Assembly: GCA_964014485.1 (NCBI GenBank)
Contig: CAXHAT010000134.1
Span: 1-22,899 of the forward strand
DNA: 22,899 nt
Origin: an uncultured Deferribacteres bacterium
GTDB taxonomy: Bacteria; Zhuqueibacterota; Zhuqueibacteria; Zhuqueibacterales; Geothermadaptataceae
Reading direction: 5' to 3'
Position numbers and translations under genes: made by a program. The notes under the pieces were generated by a model that was not told where the DNA came from, did not search any database, and saw only the letters and a program-made list of their open reading frames with translations. This document shows, piece by piece, positions 1 to 10,062 of the stretch. Positions within the stretch are counted from its first letter, which is position 1, and the number at the start of each line of letters is the position of its first letter.

Positions 1-58
1 ATTCAGAAGGAATCCATGTTATCGAGCGCTCGATAACATGGATTCCTTCTGAATGACA
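1..58. repeat. Perfect 54-bp palindrome, REP/RPE-like element (probably truncated by the window edge)
   Basis: 1-27 ATTCAGAAGGAATCCATGTTATCGAGC is the exact reverse complement of 28-54. The right end GGATTCCTTCTGAATGACA (40-58) matches GGATTCCTTCAGAATGACA at 8323-8341 at 18/19 positions. Confidence 0.85.
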
Positions 59-116
59 GGCGAGCTGTCCTTGACTGTGCAGACGATTTGGCGATTATAA
101 ACGATTAGGAGAAATA

Positions 117-1592
117 ATGGCGAAAGAACAGACGACGATGGAAAAAATCGTTTCCCTTGCCAAACGGCGGGGGTTCATTTTTCAATCAAGCGAGATTTAC
201 GGCGGGATTAATTCCTGTTATGACTACGGCCCGTTAGGCGTGGAATTAAAACGCAATATCAAGGAAGCCTGGTGGCGTTCGATGGTCACGGAGCGTGATG
301 ACATCGAAGGTCTCGACGCTTCCATTTTGATGCATCCGCGCGTTTGGGAAGCCTCCGGGCATGTGGGCGGCTTCACCGATCCGATGATCGATTGCCGCGT
401 GACGAAAAACAGGTATCGCGAAGATCAGCTCATGGTCTACGTCCCGAAATCCGGCGAAGGTTTGATGTACGCCTATAAAGAAAATGAGCCGGGAGCCATT
501 GCCAAAAAACTAAAAAAGGCGCGCGCCAACGCCGCCGATTTCGAAACCGTTCAAATGCCGGAAATTGACGTCGCGGAGTACGGCAGAATAGTTGGGCCGG
601 ACGCAAAAGAGCCGGGTACATTGACCGAGCCCCGTCAGTTCAACCTGATGTTTAAAACGTTCATGGGACCGGTTGAAGAAGACGCGGCGGTCGTTTATAT
701 GCGCCCGGAAACGGCGCAGGGGATTTATGTAAATTACATCAATGTTATGAACTCCGCCCGCCAGAAAGTGCCGTTTGGCATCGCCCAAATTGGCAAAGCA
801 TTTCGCAATGAAATTACGCCGGGGAATTTCATCTTTCGCACGCGCGAATTTGAGCAGATGGAAATGCAGTTTTTCGTTAAGCCGGAGGAAGACGAGCAGT
901 GGTTTGAGCACTGGAAGGAGTTGCGGTTGCAGTGGCATCAAAGTATCGGCATTCGAAAATCGAAACTGCGCTTCCACGAACACGACCATGGCGAGCTGGC
1001 GCATTATGCCAAGACCGCCTTTGATATCGAGTACGAATTTCCATTTGGCTGGCAAGAATTGGAAGGCATTCACAATCGGACGGATTTTGATCTCAGCCGC
1101 CACGCTGAGTACAGCAAAAAGGATTTGAGCTATTTCGATCAGTCTGAGAACAGGCGTTACACGCCTTATATTGTCGAGACTTCCGCCGGTTGCGACCGCA
1201 CGCTTTTGACCTGCCTTGTCGACGCTTATGAAGAGCAGGAACTGGAAAAAGATTCGCGCACCGTGCTTCATCTCTCGCCGAAAATTGCGCCGATTAAGGC
1301 CGGTATTTTCCCGCTGCTTAGAAAGCAAGGTTTGCCGGATGTTGCGCGCAAAATCCAGAGTGATTTAAGCAAAAAATTTCAGGTTTTCTACGACGAAGGC
1401 GGGGCCATCGGCAGGCGCTACCGCAGAATGGACGAAGCGGGAACGCCTTTCGGCATAACGGTCGATCACCAAACGCTGGAAGATCAAACCGTGACCTTGC
1501 GTGAGCGCGATTCGATGGAACAAACACGCGTCGCCGCCGACAGGCTCGCGGGAGTTCTCGAAGAAAAGATGCAGCATTTTGAACGGGATTAA
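117..1592 (+). CDS. glyQS: Glycine--tRNA ligase, alpha2 homodimeric type
   Basis: Motifs KRRGF..SEIYGG..YDYGPLG, ASGH, RPETAQG, FRNEITPGNFIFRTREFEQME, ELEGIHNRTDFDL and a C-terminal anticodon domain (IGRRYRRMDEAGTPF). AGGAG RBS at 107-111. Confidence 0.97.
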   Translation: MAKEQTTMEKIVSLAKRRGFIFQSSEIYGGINSCYDYGPLGVELKRNIKEAWWRSMVTERDDIEGLDASILMHPRVWEASGHVGGFTDPMIDCRVTKNRYREDQLMVYVPKSGEGLMYAYKENEPGAIAKKLKKARANAADFETVQMPEIDVAEYGRIVGPDAKEPGTLTEPRQFNLMFKTFMGPVEEDAAVVYMRPETAQGIYVNYINVMNSARQKVPFGIAQIGKAFRNEITPGNFIFRTREFEQMEMQFFVKPEEDEQWFEHWKELRLQWHQSIGIRKSKLRFHEHDHGELAHYAKTAFDIEYEFPFGWQELEGIHNRTDFDLSRHAEYSKKDLSYFDQSENRRYTPYIVETSAGCDRTLLTCLVDAYEEQELEKDSRTVLHLSPKIAPIKAGIFPLLRKQGLPDVARKIQSDLSKKFQVFYDEGGAIGRRYRRMDEAGTPFGITVDHQTLEDQTVTLRERDSMEQTRVAADRLAGVLEEKMQHFERD

Positions 1593-1759
1593 CCTTAATT
1601 TCTCTTTAGTTTTTGCACAGAATTATTATATTCACGACTTGTCAATCGATGAACGTATTACACCTCTGAAGACGCACCAAAATTCTGCATTTGACCCGCG
1701 TGAACGCCGTTTTGCGACCAACCTAAGTTCAGATATATTTTTTGTAGAAAGGAGACTCC

Positions 1760-3046
1760 ATGAGTGAGAATACGCTGACCATAACGGATAATCGAACCGG
1801 GAAATCATACACGGTTCCAATTGAAAATGAATCCATCCGCGCTATGGCCCTGCGAGGCATTAAAGTTACTGAGGATGAATTCGGCACTTTGAGTTACGAT
1901 CCCGGATTTGTCAACACTGCTTCAACAAAAAGCACGATTACATATATTGACGGCGATATAGGCATTTTACGTTATCGCGGCTATCCGATCGAGCAAGTCG
2001 CGGAGCAGTCGTCATTTTTGGAAACCGCTTATCTTCTGTTAGACGGCGAGTTGCCAAGCCAAAGCGCTTTGGACAAATGGGTGGGTGAAGTGACTCGCAG
2101 AACCCTTGTTCATGAAAACGCCAAGAAAATTATTGAAAGTTTCCGCTATGATGCACACCCGATGGGCATGTTCGTCAGCTTGTTAGCCGCGCTTTCCACT
2201 TTTTATCCTGAGTCGAAAAAAGTTCGCGATCCCGAAGTGCGATGTTTACAAATCACACGTTTGATAAGTAAGGCGCCCACAATTGCGGCGCACATTTACC
2301 GCCACATGCTCGGTCTGCCTTTTGTTTATCCTAACAATGATCTTAGCTATACCGGCAATTTTTTGAGCATGATGTTCAAGATGACCGAGCAACAGTACAA
2401 GGTCAATCCAATTTTAGAAAAGGCTTTGGACGTTTTGTTTATTTTGCACGCCGATCACGAACAAAATTGCGGCACGGCGGCAATGCGCGTGGTTAGCAGT
2501 TCAGAAGCTGATCCCTACGCTTCGGCTGCAGCGGCGGCGGCGGCGCTTTATGGACCGCTTCATGGCGGCGCCAACGAGAAAGTGCTAAATATGCTCCGCC
2601 AGATTGGCTCCGTGGAAAACGTCGCCGAGCATGTTAAACGTGTGAAAAACGGTGAAATGCGTCTGATGGGTTTTGGGCACCGTGTTTACAAAAATTACGA
2701 TCCGCGTGCAACCATTATTAAGCAAGTCGCCGATCAAGTTTTTGAAGTGACCGGCAGAAGTCCGTTGCTGGATATTGCGCTGGAACTGGAAAGGATTGCT
2801 TTGGAAGACGACTATTTCATCAGTCGCAAGCTTTATCCGAACGTCGATTTTTATTCGGGAATTATTTACGAAGCGATGGGAATTCCTTCGGAGATGTTCA
2901 CCGTGCTGTTCGCTATTGGTCGGATGCCTGGCTGGCTGGCGCAGTGGGAAGAAAATATGGACGACAAGGAACAGCGCATTTCACGTCCGCGCCAACTCTA
3001 TCTTGGCTCAGACGTCCGCGATTTTGTTCCGATGGAAAAACGATAG
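1760..3046 (+). CDS. gltA: Citrate synthase
   Basis: YDPGF..TAS, LRYRGYPI, ILHADHEQN, LYGPLHGGANE, LMGFGHRVYKNYDPRA, LYPNVDFYSG, RPRQLY. AAGGAG RBS upstream. Confidence 0.97.
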   Translation: MSENTLTITDNRTGKSYTVPIENESIRAMALRGIKVTEDEFGTLSYDPGFVNTASTKSTITYIDGDIGILRYRGYPIEQVAEQSSFLETAYLLLDGELPSQSALDKWVGEVTRRTLVHENAKKIIESFRYDAHPMGMFVSLLAALSTFYPESKKVRDPEVRCLQITRLISKAPTIAAHIYRHMLGLPFVYPNNDLSYTGNFLSMMFKMTEQQYKVNPILEKALDVLFILHADHEQNCGTAAMRVVSSSEADPYASAAAAAAALYGPLHGGANEKVLNMLRQIGSVENVAEHVKRVKNGEMRLMGFGHRVYKNYDPRATIIKQVADQVFEVTGRSPLLDIALELERIALEDDYFISRKLYPNVDFYSGIIYEAMGIPSEMFTVLFAIGRMPGWLAQWEENMDDKEQRISRPRQLYLGSDVRDFVPMEKR

Positions 3047-3058
3047 TATGAAAGATTT

Positions 3059-3092
3059 TTCGGCGGCTAAATTGGCATTTTTAGCCGCCGAA
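3059..3092. terminator. Probable bidirectional intrinsic terminator between convergent gltA and MBL gene
   Basis: 13-bp stem TTCGGCGGCTAAA / TTTAGCCGCCGAA, followed by T-rich GTTCTTCTTT on the + strand. Confidence 0.75.
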
Positions 3093-3101
3093 GTTCTTCT
3101 T

Positions 3102-3971
3102 TCAATCCAAACTGTTAAAAACGGTTTCAATCCAGCGTTCGGTATTGATAAAGCCGGAGCCCCAGCTTTCCCATTTTGAGGGGAGTCCCGCCGATTTAAT
3201 CTCCTCCAAAGTTTTTCCCGCCTGTTTGCTTTTTGCGATCATCTCAGAAGTTTCCGCGAGCATCCCGTGATATTTCTTTAAATCTTCAATTGTGGCCAAC
3301 GGCCCATGCCCGGGGATAATTTTTGTCTCGCTTGAGATTGCGGAAATGACGCTCTCGATGTTTTTCGTCAGGCCTTGCACGCTGCCGCCGGCGTTTAGAT
3401 CGACGTACGGAAAGCGATTCACGAAAAAATCATCGCCCATGTGAACGACGTTTGACGTTTTGAAAAAAATCACGGCGTCGCCGTCCGTGTGGCCGTTGGG
3501 ATAGTGCATGACCTGGATTTCTTCGCCGTTGAAATGAAATGTCATCGCATCGTTAAACGTGATGACCGGCCACGCGCCTTCAGGCTTGGCGCCGCCGCGT
3601 GCATTTGGATCTTGCAATCGCTTTCTGACGTTGTCGTGCGCGACTATTGTCGAAATCTTGCCGAAGTATTCGTTGCCGCCGGTGTGATCGCCGTGATAAT
3701 GCGTGTTGATTAAATATTTGATATCGCCGGAATGTACGCTCGCCACTGCTGATTTAATCTGTTCAGCAAGATTTGCGAATTTGTCGTCGATCATCAAAAC
3801 GCCATCTTTTCCGGTGCAAACGCCGATATTGCCGCCGCGACCTTGCAGCATATAAATATTGTCCGTAACCTTGGAAACGGTGATCCCATTCTGTTGGTAT
3901 GCCGTCGGCGTCATAAAGCCGATTGAGAAGAGAACGCCGCAAATTGCGAGAAACGTTAGCAAAGTCTTCAT
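3102..3971 (-). CDS. Secreted MBL-fold metallo-hydrolase (cyclase/glyoxalase II-like)
   Basis: THYHGDHTGGN (HxHxDH), GHTDGD, HMGD and IPGHG motifs. N-terminal signal-peptide-like hydrophobic stretch. Confidence 0.9.
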   Translation of the reverse strand: MKTLLTFLAICGVLFSIGFMTPTAYQQNGITVSKVTDNIYMLQGRGGNIGVCTGKDGVLMIDDKFANLAEQIKSAVASVHSGDIKYLINTHYHGDHTGGNEYFGKISTIVAHDNVRKRLQDPNARGGAKPEGAWPVITFNDAMTFHFNGEEIQVMHYPNGHTDGDAVIFFKTSNVVHMGDDFFVNRFPYVDLNAGGSVQGLTKNIESVISAISSETKIIPGHGPLATIEDLKKYHGMLAETSEMIAKSKQAGKTLEEIKSAGLPSKWESWGSGFINTERWIETVFNSLD

Positions 3972-3998
3972 GCTTAACTCCGTAAAATAACTTCTTCT

Positions 3999-4027
3999 TT
4001 GAATTGCTTTCGAAAGAATGTTACTTT
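3999..4027 (+). promoter_or_regulatory. Putative sigma70 promoter for tilS-hpt-ftsH
   Basis: TTGAAT (3999-4004), 17-bp spacer, TACTTT (4022-4027) preceded by TGn. It favours a tilS start at 4066 over 4018. Confidence 0.4.
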
Positions 4028-4065
4028 GCAGTCAGAATATCAACACAGTTAAAACGAATCGCAGA

Positions 4066-5505
4066 ATGAACTCGGAGCATCGTGAAGCCGTCGAAGCGGC
4101 GGCGGCGCAATACAAAAATGCAGGCAAAATACTGCGCGTCTTTCTGGAAACCGCATCGGAAAAATGCGACGTTCGGGGCGGGAAAATTTTGCTGGCCGTG
4201 TCGGGCGGGCCGGATTCGGTGTGTTTATCTCACCTGACGTATCTTTCAATGCGCGCTTTGGATATTGAACCAAGCATTGCTCATATTGACCATAACCTTA
4301 GGGATGACAGCGAGGAAGACGCACAGTTCTGTCAAAGGCTGGCGAATTCTCTCAAATTTCCGTTTTTTCTAAAGAAAATCGATGTGAACAGCTATATGCG
4401 TGAGTGTCAGTTGAGTCTTGAAACAGCCGCTCGCGATTTGCGGCATGAAGCTCTTGAAGCGCTTGCAAAGGAAACGGGATCGGATTTCATCGCTTTTGGA
4501 CATACCTTGAACGACCAGGCCGAGACGGTTTTTCACAACATCGTTCGCGGCGGCGGCTTACGCGGCGCTGCGGGAATTCCGTACCGCTATCAAAAACGCG
4601 TCCGTCCGCTGTTGGATATAGCTAAAAATGATGTTTTAGAATTCTTGCACAATAATGACGTGGAGTATCGCATTGACGAGACCAACACGAGCCTGGATTT
4701 CACGCGTAATCGAATTCGACGCGTCATTTTTCCAGTTCTTGAAAACGAATTAAACCCCGCCGCTCAGAATGCATTACACCGCTTTTCGCAAGCCGCTCAG
4801 GAAACTGAATTGCTTTTGCAAATGCAGGCTGAAAACGCTTTTGATGACTTGATTCTTGAGCAATCGGAGAACAAAATTGTTCTTGATATTGAACGAATTT
4901 CGACCTATTTTGGCGTGCTTCGAAAGTACATTATTCGTCACAGTTTAGAAGTGCTTTCCAAGCGGCGAATTTATTTGAATTATTCAATATTGTCGCGTGC
5001 AGACGCCTTGATCGCCGACGGCCGCGTCGGCAAACGCGTTTATCTCGCGCCGCCATGTGAGCTTTTAATCGATCATGACGGGGTTGTCATTCGGAATCGA
5101 GACGCCCGAGAACTGAATCTGGAGTGTGATTTCGATGCTGAGACTGCGCTTGATGAACGCCGATCATTTTTGTGCCTCCGCATTCCCGCCCAAAAGATCG
5201 ATTTCACCAAGAATACGACGCATCTCAAGCAATTTGTTGACGCTGACAAAGTCACAGGACGGATTCGATTGCGCAATTTTGCAGCCGGGGATCGTTTTTT
5301 TCCCTTAGGCGCGGGCGGCGGCAAAAAGGTGAGTGATTTTTTTACAGACAACAAAGTTCCTCAACACCGCAAAAAGGAAATTCCGATTTTAGAGTGTGAC
5401 GCCGGGATCGTTTGGATCGTCGGCCATCGGATAGACGAAAGATTCAAGGTTACCCGTCAAACGAAATCCCTTCTACAACTGGAAATCAAGGAACGCCGCC
5501 TGTGA
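4066..5505 (+). CDS. tilS: tRNA(Ile)-lysidine synthetase
   Basis: PP-loop AVSGGPDS, HIDHNLR, ETAARDLR, HTLNDQAET, RPLL, RNRIRR, and C-terminal TilS_C (GDRF..KKVSDFF). Start chosen at ATG 4066; the ORF is open from 4018. Confidence 0.95.
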   Translation: MNSEHREAVEAAAAQYKNAGKILRVFLETASEKCDVRGGKILLAVSGGPDSVCLSHLTYLSMRALDIEPSIAHIDHNLRDDSEEDAQFCQRLANSLKFPFFLKKIDVNSYMRECQLSLETAARDLRHEALEALAKETGSDFIAFGHTLNDQAETVFHNIVRGGGLRGAAGIPYRYQKRVRPLLDIAKNDVLEFLHNNDVEYRIDETNTSLDFTRNRIRRVIFPVLENELNPAAQNALHRFSQAAQETELLLQMQAENAFDDLILEQSENKIVLDIERISTYFGVLRKYIIRHSLEVLSKRRIYLNYSILSRADALIADGRVGKRVYLAPPCELLIDHDGVVIRNRDARELNLECDFDAETALDERRSFLCLRIPAQKIDFTKNTTHLKQFVDADKVTGRIRLRNFAAGDRFFPLGAGGGKKVSDFFTDNKVPQHRKKEIPILECDAGIVWIVGHRIDERFKVTRQTKSLLQLEIKERRL

Positions 5506-6050
5506 TTGAACAAATCAAGCGTTGCACCAACGACCCCGGAAATATTATTCTGACGCGTGCGGAGATCGCCGCAAAAGTAGAAGAACTGGCGCAGCGGATT
5601 TCAGAAGATTACGCCGGGAAGACGCCGGTGTTAGAATGTGTTCTAAACGGCAGTTTTCTTTTTTACGCTGACTTGGTGCGCGAGCTTTCCATTAACTCGG
5701 AAGTGGATTTTCTCAAGATTTCGAGTTACGCCAACGCGCTCAAGTCATCCGGCGACGTCAAAATTCATAAGGCGCCGGATTGCGACATTCGAGGACGCGA
5801 CGTCATCGTCGTCGAAGATATCATCGATACTGGCCTGTCGGTGTTTTTTTTAAGAAAATGGCTTATGGAGCAATCGCCGAAATCTTTAAAGTTCGTTTCT
5901 CTATTAATCAAAAACGACTCGGCGCAAGTCGATTATGAATGTGAGTATTACGGCTTTCGAATTCCAAACAAGTTCGTAATTGGATACGGTTTGGATTACG
6001 CGCAACAATTCAGAGCTTTGCCGGATATTTACGCTGTAGAAACGTCGTAA
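5502..6050 (+). CDS. hpt: Hypoxanthine phosphoribosyltransferase
   Basis: PRPP-binding VIVVEDIIDTGLS, VLNGS, ISSY, FVIGYGLDY. The GTG at 5502 overlaps the tilS stop (GTGA). Conserved tilS-hpt-ftsH order. Confidence 0.93.
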   Translation: MIEQIKRCTNDPGNIILTRAEIAAKVEELAQRISEDYAGKTPVLECVLNGSFLFYADLVRELSINSEVDFLKISSYANALKSSGDVKIHKAPDCDIRGRDVIVVEDIIDTGLSVFFLRKWLMEQSPKSLKFVSLLIKNDSAQVDYECEYYGFRIPNKFVIGYGLDYAQQFRALPDIYAVETS

Positions 6051-6099
6051 AATCACAAGTCCGTTCATCGTCATCTTAATCAGGTAAGACAGATATATT

Positions 6100-8115
6100 A
6101 TGGACAATCAACGCAACTCATCGCAAAATCAAGGAAAGAAGCCAGGCTCGGACGAGAATTTTCAATGGTCGCGAGCGACGAAGACGCTTCTTTTTTGGCT
6201 AATGCTTTTTGTGTTCGCCATTTTTATTGCCACGCAATTTAACCAAGGTTCGCAAGAAGAAGCCGCCGTCAGCTTCGATAATTTTCTCCGGTTGTTAGAA
6301 GACAACAGAGACAACGGTTTTATCGAAAAAATCACCATCAAAGAGACGGAGCTGGTTGCAGATTTGAAAGGACTGCAAACCGTAGAAACAGCCGCCGGAC
6401 CAAGAAACGTCAACAAAGTGCGTGCGACTCTGCCGGATCGACTGACCGTTTCAGAAGCGAAAGAATGGCGAGACGCTTATCAAGTTCAGAACATCAGCTT
6501 TGAAGAAAAATCGATCTGGGGAACTTATTTGCTGAACCTGTTGCCGTGGATTTTACTCGCTGCGATTTGGCTGTTTTTTCTGCGCCGGATGCAGGGCGGA
6601 GGCGGCGCGCGAGGCATTTTCAACTTTGGGCGCTCCAAAGCGAAACTCCACGCTGATAACGAGCCGCGCGTTACGTTCGAAGACGTAGCCGGAGCCGATG
6701 AAGCCAAGCAAGAACTGCGCGAAATTATCGAATTTTTAAAAGAACCGGAGAAATTTCAAAAACTTGGCGGACGCATTCCGAAAGGTGCGCTTCTGCTTGG
6801 GCCTCCCGGAACCGGAAAAACCTTGCTCGCCAAAGCCGTGGCCGGAGAAGCGGGCGTACCGTTTTTCAGCATGTCTGGCGCGGACTTTGTCGAAATGTTC
6901 GTCGGCGTTGGAGCGTCACGTGTGCGTGATCTTTTTGAGCAAGGCAAGAAAAACGCGCCTTGCATTATTTTTATCGATGAAGTTGACGCGGTCGGTCGGC
7001 ATCGCGGCGCCGGGTTGGGCGGCGGCCATGATGAGCGTGAACAGACTTTGAACCAATTGCTAGTAGAAATGGACGGCTTTGAATCCAACGAAGGCGTTAT
7101 TTTGATCGCCGCCACCAACAGGCCGGACGTTCTCGACAGCGCGCTTTTGCGTCCCGGACGCTTTGATCGTCAAATCGTCGTCGGCGCTCCGGACATTCGC
7201 GGACGAGAAGGCATTTTGCGCGTTCACACCAAAAACATTGCGATTTCCCGGGACGTTGACTTCAAAACCGTAGCGAAGGCGACGCCGGGTTTTTCTGGGG
7301 CTGATCTTGCCAACATGGTTAACGAAGCGGCGCTTTTGGCGGCGCGTAAAAACAAGCGCATTGTCGATATGTCCGATTTAGAAGAGGCAAAAGACAAAAT
7401 CGCCATGGGCGTCGAGCGCAAGAGCATGATCCTTTCTGATAATGAGAAGCGCCTCACCGCATATCACGAAGCTGGTCACGCCCTCGTCTCAAAATTTGTC
7501 CCCGAGGCTGATCCGGTTCATAAGGTGACGATCATCCCGCGCGGACGCGCTCTTGGCGTGACCAATTATTTGCCGCAAGAAAAACACAGTCACAGCAGAA
7601 CCTACCTCACATCGCTCTTGGCGACGCTTTTAGGCGGACGTGAGGCGGAAAGGTTGATCTTGAAGGAAATAACGAGCGGCGCAGCTAGCGATATCGATCG
7701 AGCGACGGACATCGCCCGTAGAATGGTTTGCGACTGGGGCATGAGTGACAAGCTTGGGCCTCTGGCTTTTGGCAAAAAACAGGAAGAGATTTTTCTCGGG
7801 CGCGAAATCGCGCAACACCGTGATTTCAGCGAACGCACCGCGGAAATGATCGATGATGAAGTCAAGAATCTGATCGCTCAAGCTGAGAAAAATGCACAGA
7901 AGATTCTGAGCCAGAATATCGACGCTCTGCACCGCATCGCGAAAGCGCTTTTGGATCGCGAGACCATCTCTTCAGATGAACTTGAGCAGTTGGTTAACGA
8001 CATCGACCTGGCGCCTAAAAAACAAGTCAACGGAGCGGCCAAACCTGTTGCTGAAACGCAAACGGGACAAGAACCGGAAGGCGAATCAGCGGCCGAGCCG
8101 AAACAGGAAGATTAA
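6100..8115 (+). CDS. ftsH: ATP-dependent zinc metalloprotease FtsH
   Basis: Two N-terminal TM segments, Walker A GPPGTGKT, Walker [30 protein letters not shown], zinc motif HEAGH. Confidence 0.98.
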   Translation: MDNQRNSSQNQGKKPGSDENFQWSRATKTLLFWLMLFVFAIFIATQFNQGSQEEAAVSFDNFLRLLEDNRDNGFIEKITIKETELVADLKGLQTVETAAGPRNVNKVRATLPDRLTVSEAKEWRDAYQVQNISFEEKSIWGTYLLNLLPWILLAAIWLFFLRRMQGGGGARGIFNFGRSKAKLHADNEPRVTFEDVAGADEAKQELREIIEFLKEPEKFQKLGGRIPKGALLLGPPGTGKTLLAKAVAGEAGVPFFSMSGADFVEMFVGVGASRVRDLFEQGKKNAPCIIFIDEVDAVGRHRGAGLGGGHDEREQTLNQLLVEMDGFESNEGVILIAATNRPDVLDSALLRPGRFDRQIVVGAPDIRGREGILRVHTKNIAISRDVDFKTVAKATPGFSGADLANMVNEAALLAARKNKRIVDMSDLEEAKDKIAMGVERKSMILSDNEKRLTAYHEAGHALVSKFVPEADPVHKVTIIPRGRALGVTNYLPQEKHSHSRTYLTSLLATLLGGREAERLILKEITSGAASDIDRATDIARRMVCDWGMSDKLGPLAFGKKQEEIFLGREIAQHRDFSERTAEMIDDEVKNLIAQAEKNAQKILSQNIDALHRIAKALLDRETISSDELEQLVNDIDLAPKKQVNGAAKPVAETQTGQEPEGESAAEPKQED

Positions 8116-8166
8116 TTTTGTTGTTATCCCCGTCGCTGGGCGGGGAATTACGGCAAGCTTTTTTGT

Positions 8167-8422
8167 TCTGAGAGCCGAAGTAGAATTTTGAAAGTTCACT
8201 ACCTGGCACTTTTTGTATAGGCTTCTAAAACTGGCGAAAAAGGCCGGAATTGTCATGCTGGAAGCATCTTTTTTGACCTGCCCCTTGAACTTTTGAGCAT
8301 GATCTGTACTGGGCGATAATAAGGATTCCTTCAGAATGACAAGACGAGGCTTTTCGACGGCTCGAAAATGCAGTTTACAAAAAAGTGTCAGGTAGAGAGT
8401 TTGAAAATAACTTCTGCTCAGA
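8167..8422. repeat. Nested imperfect inverted-repeat element (MITE/REPIN-like)
   Basis: Paired arms: CTACCTGGCACTTTTTGTA (8199-8217) with TACAAAAAAGTGTCAGGTAG (8376-8395); TTGTCATGCTGGAAGCATCTTT (8250-8271) with AAGGATTCCTTCAGAATGACAA (8321-8342), 17/22; weaker outer pairing of 8167-8198 with 8396-8422. Confidence 0.7.
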
Positions 8423-8472
8423 GATAGAGAAAAATATCAAACTTCCAAAATCAGGAAAGTATTTAAAACGCA

Positions 8473-10053
8473 ATGACATTCGAGCTTAACGGCGGCGCCT
8501 GGCTTTTTCTGGCGCTCTGGCTCGCGGTAATTCTGACTCTCTGGAATTTTTACTCGACGAACAAATTTACAAGCAGAAATAAAATGATAGCGCTGAGCGT
8601 CGTCGTTTCACTTCTGCTTTTTTTTATATTTTTTCAATTTGTCGCGCCGGAATTTCGCAGAAGCTGGGAGCAGACTGAGAGCATCGCTATTTTCCCGCCC
8701 TTACATCAGGACGCCTCCAAAAACTATCGTTTGGAAGCGCAAAGTCTCGAAACGGCGGATGAAGTCGTGCGAATTTTGGGCGGGCGGAAATTCCCCAAAG
8801 GCAATTTTTTAGTTCCGGAGGAGATGTACGCGCCTTTTCATCCCGATTCTATTGAAAACCTTGCTTACACCAAAAAGCTGGCGGTGAATTTCCGTTACGG
8901 CGTTGTATCGACGATCTTTCCAGACGAAAAGAACTCGATGTTCAATTTCTCAATCTATGAGCTCAATCAGGGCGAGCCGGTTTTGACTGGCGATTTCAAA
9001 TTTGGCAAGGATTCAACGAAAGTAGCTGAAAATTTTGCACAGGAATTGTCAGAATTTTGGAGAACGGAACTTACGAAAGCGACGGATTCAAAAACCAATG
9101 ATAAGCGCACCCTCGAGATTCGACTGGAACGCATTAAAAAGGATCGAAAGCTTGCACTGAAAAAAACGACGACATGGCTGGCGGAAGATTCAACAAATGC
9201 TAACGCGATCAAGCATTGGCTCGAATTGAATTTTGACGACCCTGAATTTCAAGCCATGGCCCCAAAGCAACGCGAGAGTCTCAGCGGCGGCGCTTTGCAA
9301 CGCATTGCTCGATTGAGCGAGCAGGACACGACAAACCTCGGTTTCGCTCGTCTGGCTGCGGAAGGATTTTACTGGCTGGAAAAATTTAATGATGCTGCGC
9401 ATTACGCGAATCGCGCCTATGCGATTGATCCTTGCAACAGCGACGTGCTCACGACGCTTGCAAAACTGCATTTTTCGCGCTACCGTCCGTTAGGATTTGA
9501 AAACGAAACGGAGATTTACCAGCGTGCGTTGCGCTGTAATCCCGCTGCGATAAAAGCCGCCGTCGGATTGGCTTCTTCATACATCCAGAAGAATGATTCG
9601 CGCGCAGGGCAACTATTTTTAGAGCAATACACGCAAAAGTTTCCAGCGAACGTTGCGTTGCTTTCTGCGCTTGGTGAAATCTATGTATCGCGGGGTATGG
9701 CGCAAAAGATGTTTGAAACCTACGAATCGATTTTAGAATACGATCCGAGCTACGTGGAAGCGTTTTACAATCTCGGGGTCTATTATTTTAACAGTGAGAA
9801 GTTTGAAACGGCGACGCGTTTTTTTGAGCAGGCGATTGAGAAAGGCGGACACAAAAACAGCCTGCTCTACCTCGCAAGAATCGCCCAAAAAGAAGAACGC
9901 ATCGACGACGCGATTGTATTTTTGCGTCGGAGAATCGCCTTGAAAACCGGCGAAAACGACGCCTACGCCGAATCCGCGCGTCAGCAGCTTTTTGAAATCA
10001 TGGTGTCCCTGGGGAAAATCGATAGTACTGGAAAGTTGATAGAGAAGCAGTAA
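8473..10053 (+). CDS. Membrane-anchored tetratricopeptide-repeat protein
   Basis: Two N-terminal hydrophobic helices. C-terminal TPR-like units (e.g. EAFYNLGVYYFNSEKFETATRFFEQAIE, ALLSALGEIYVSRG, AYAIDP). Confidence 0.8.
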   Translation: MTFELNGGAWLFLALWLAVILTLWNFYSTNKFTSRNKMIALSVVVSLLLFFIFFQFVAPEFRRSWEQTESIAIFPPLHQDASKNYRLEAQSLETADEVVRILGGRKFPKGNFLVPEEMYAPFHPDSIENLAYTKKLAVNFRYGVVSTIFPDEKNSMFNFSIYELNQGEPVLTGDFKFGKDSTKVAENFAQELSEFWRTELTKATDSKTNDKRTLEIRLERIKKDRKLALKKTTTWLAEDSTNANAIKHWLELNFDDPEFQAMAPKQRESLSGGALQRIARLSEQDTTNLGFARLAAEGFYWLEKFNDAAHYANRAYAIDPCNSDVLTTLAKLHFSRYRPLGFENETEIYQRALRCNPAAIKAAVGLASSYIQKNDSRAGQLFLEQYTQKFPANVALLSALGEIYVSRGMAQKMFETYESILEYDPSYVEAFYNLGVYYFNSEKFETATRFFEQAIEKGGHKNSLLYLARIAQKEERIDDAIVFLRRRIALKTGENDAYAESARQQLFEIMVSLGKIDSTGKLIEKQ

Positions 10054-10062
10054 TTTCAATTT

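Noticed and set aside
510..1328. 272-aa minus-strand ORF
   Set aside because: Antisense shadow of glyQS.
2521..2546. GCG-repeat run in gltA
   Set aside because: Encodes an Ala-rich helix preceding LYGPLHGGA. A short in-frame triplet run, not a phase-variable tract.
3102..3971. MBL gene as a metallo-beta-lactamase resistance gene
   Set aside because: The motif pattern (HYHGDH, GHTDGD, HMGD) fits the widespread cyclase/glyoxalase-like MBL-fold group, with nothing specific for class B beta-lactamases.
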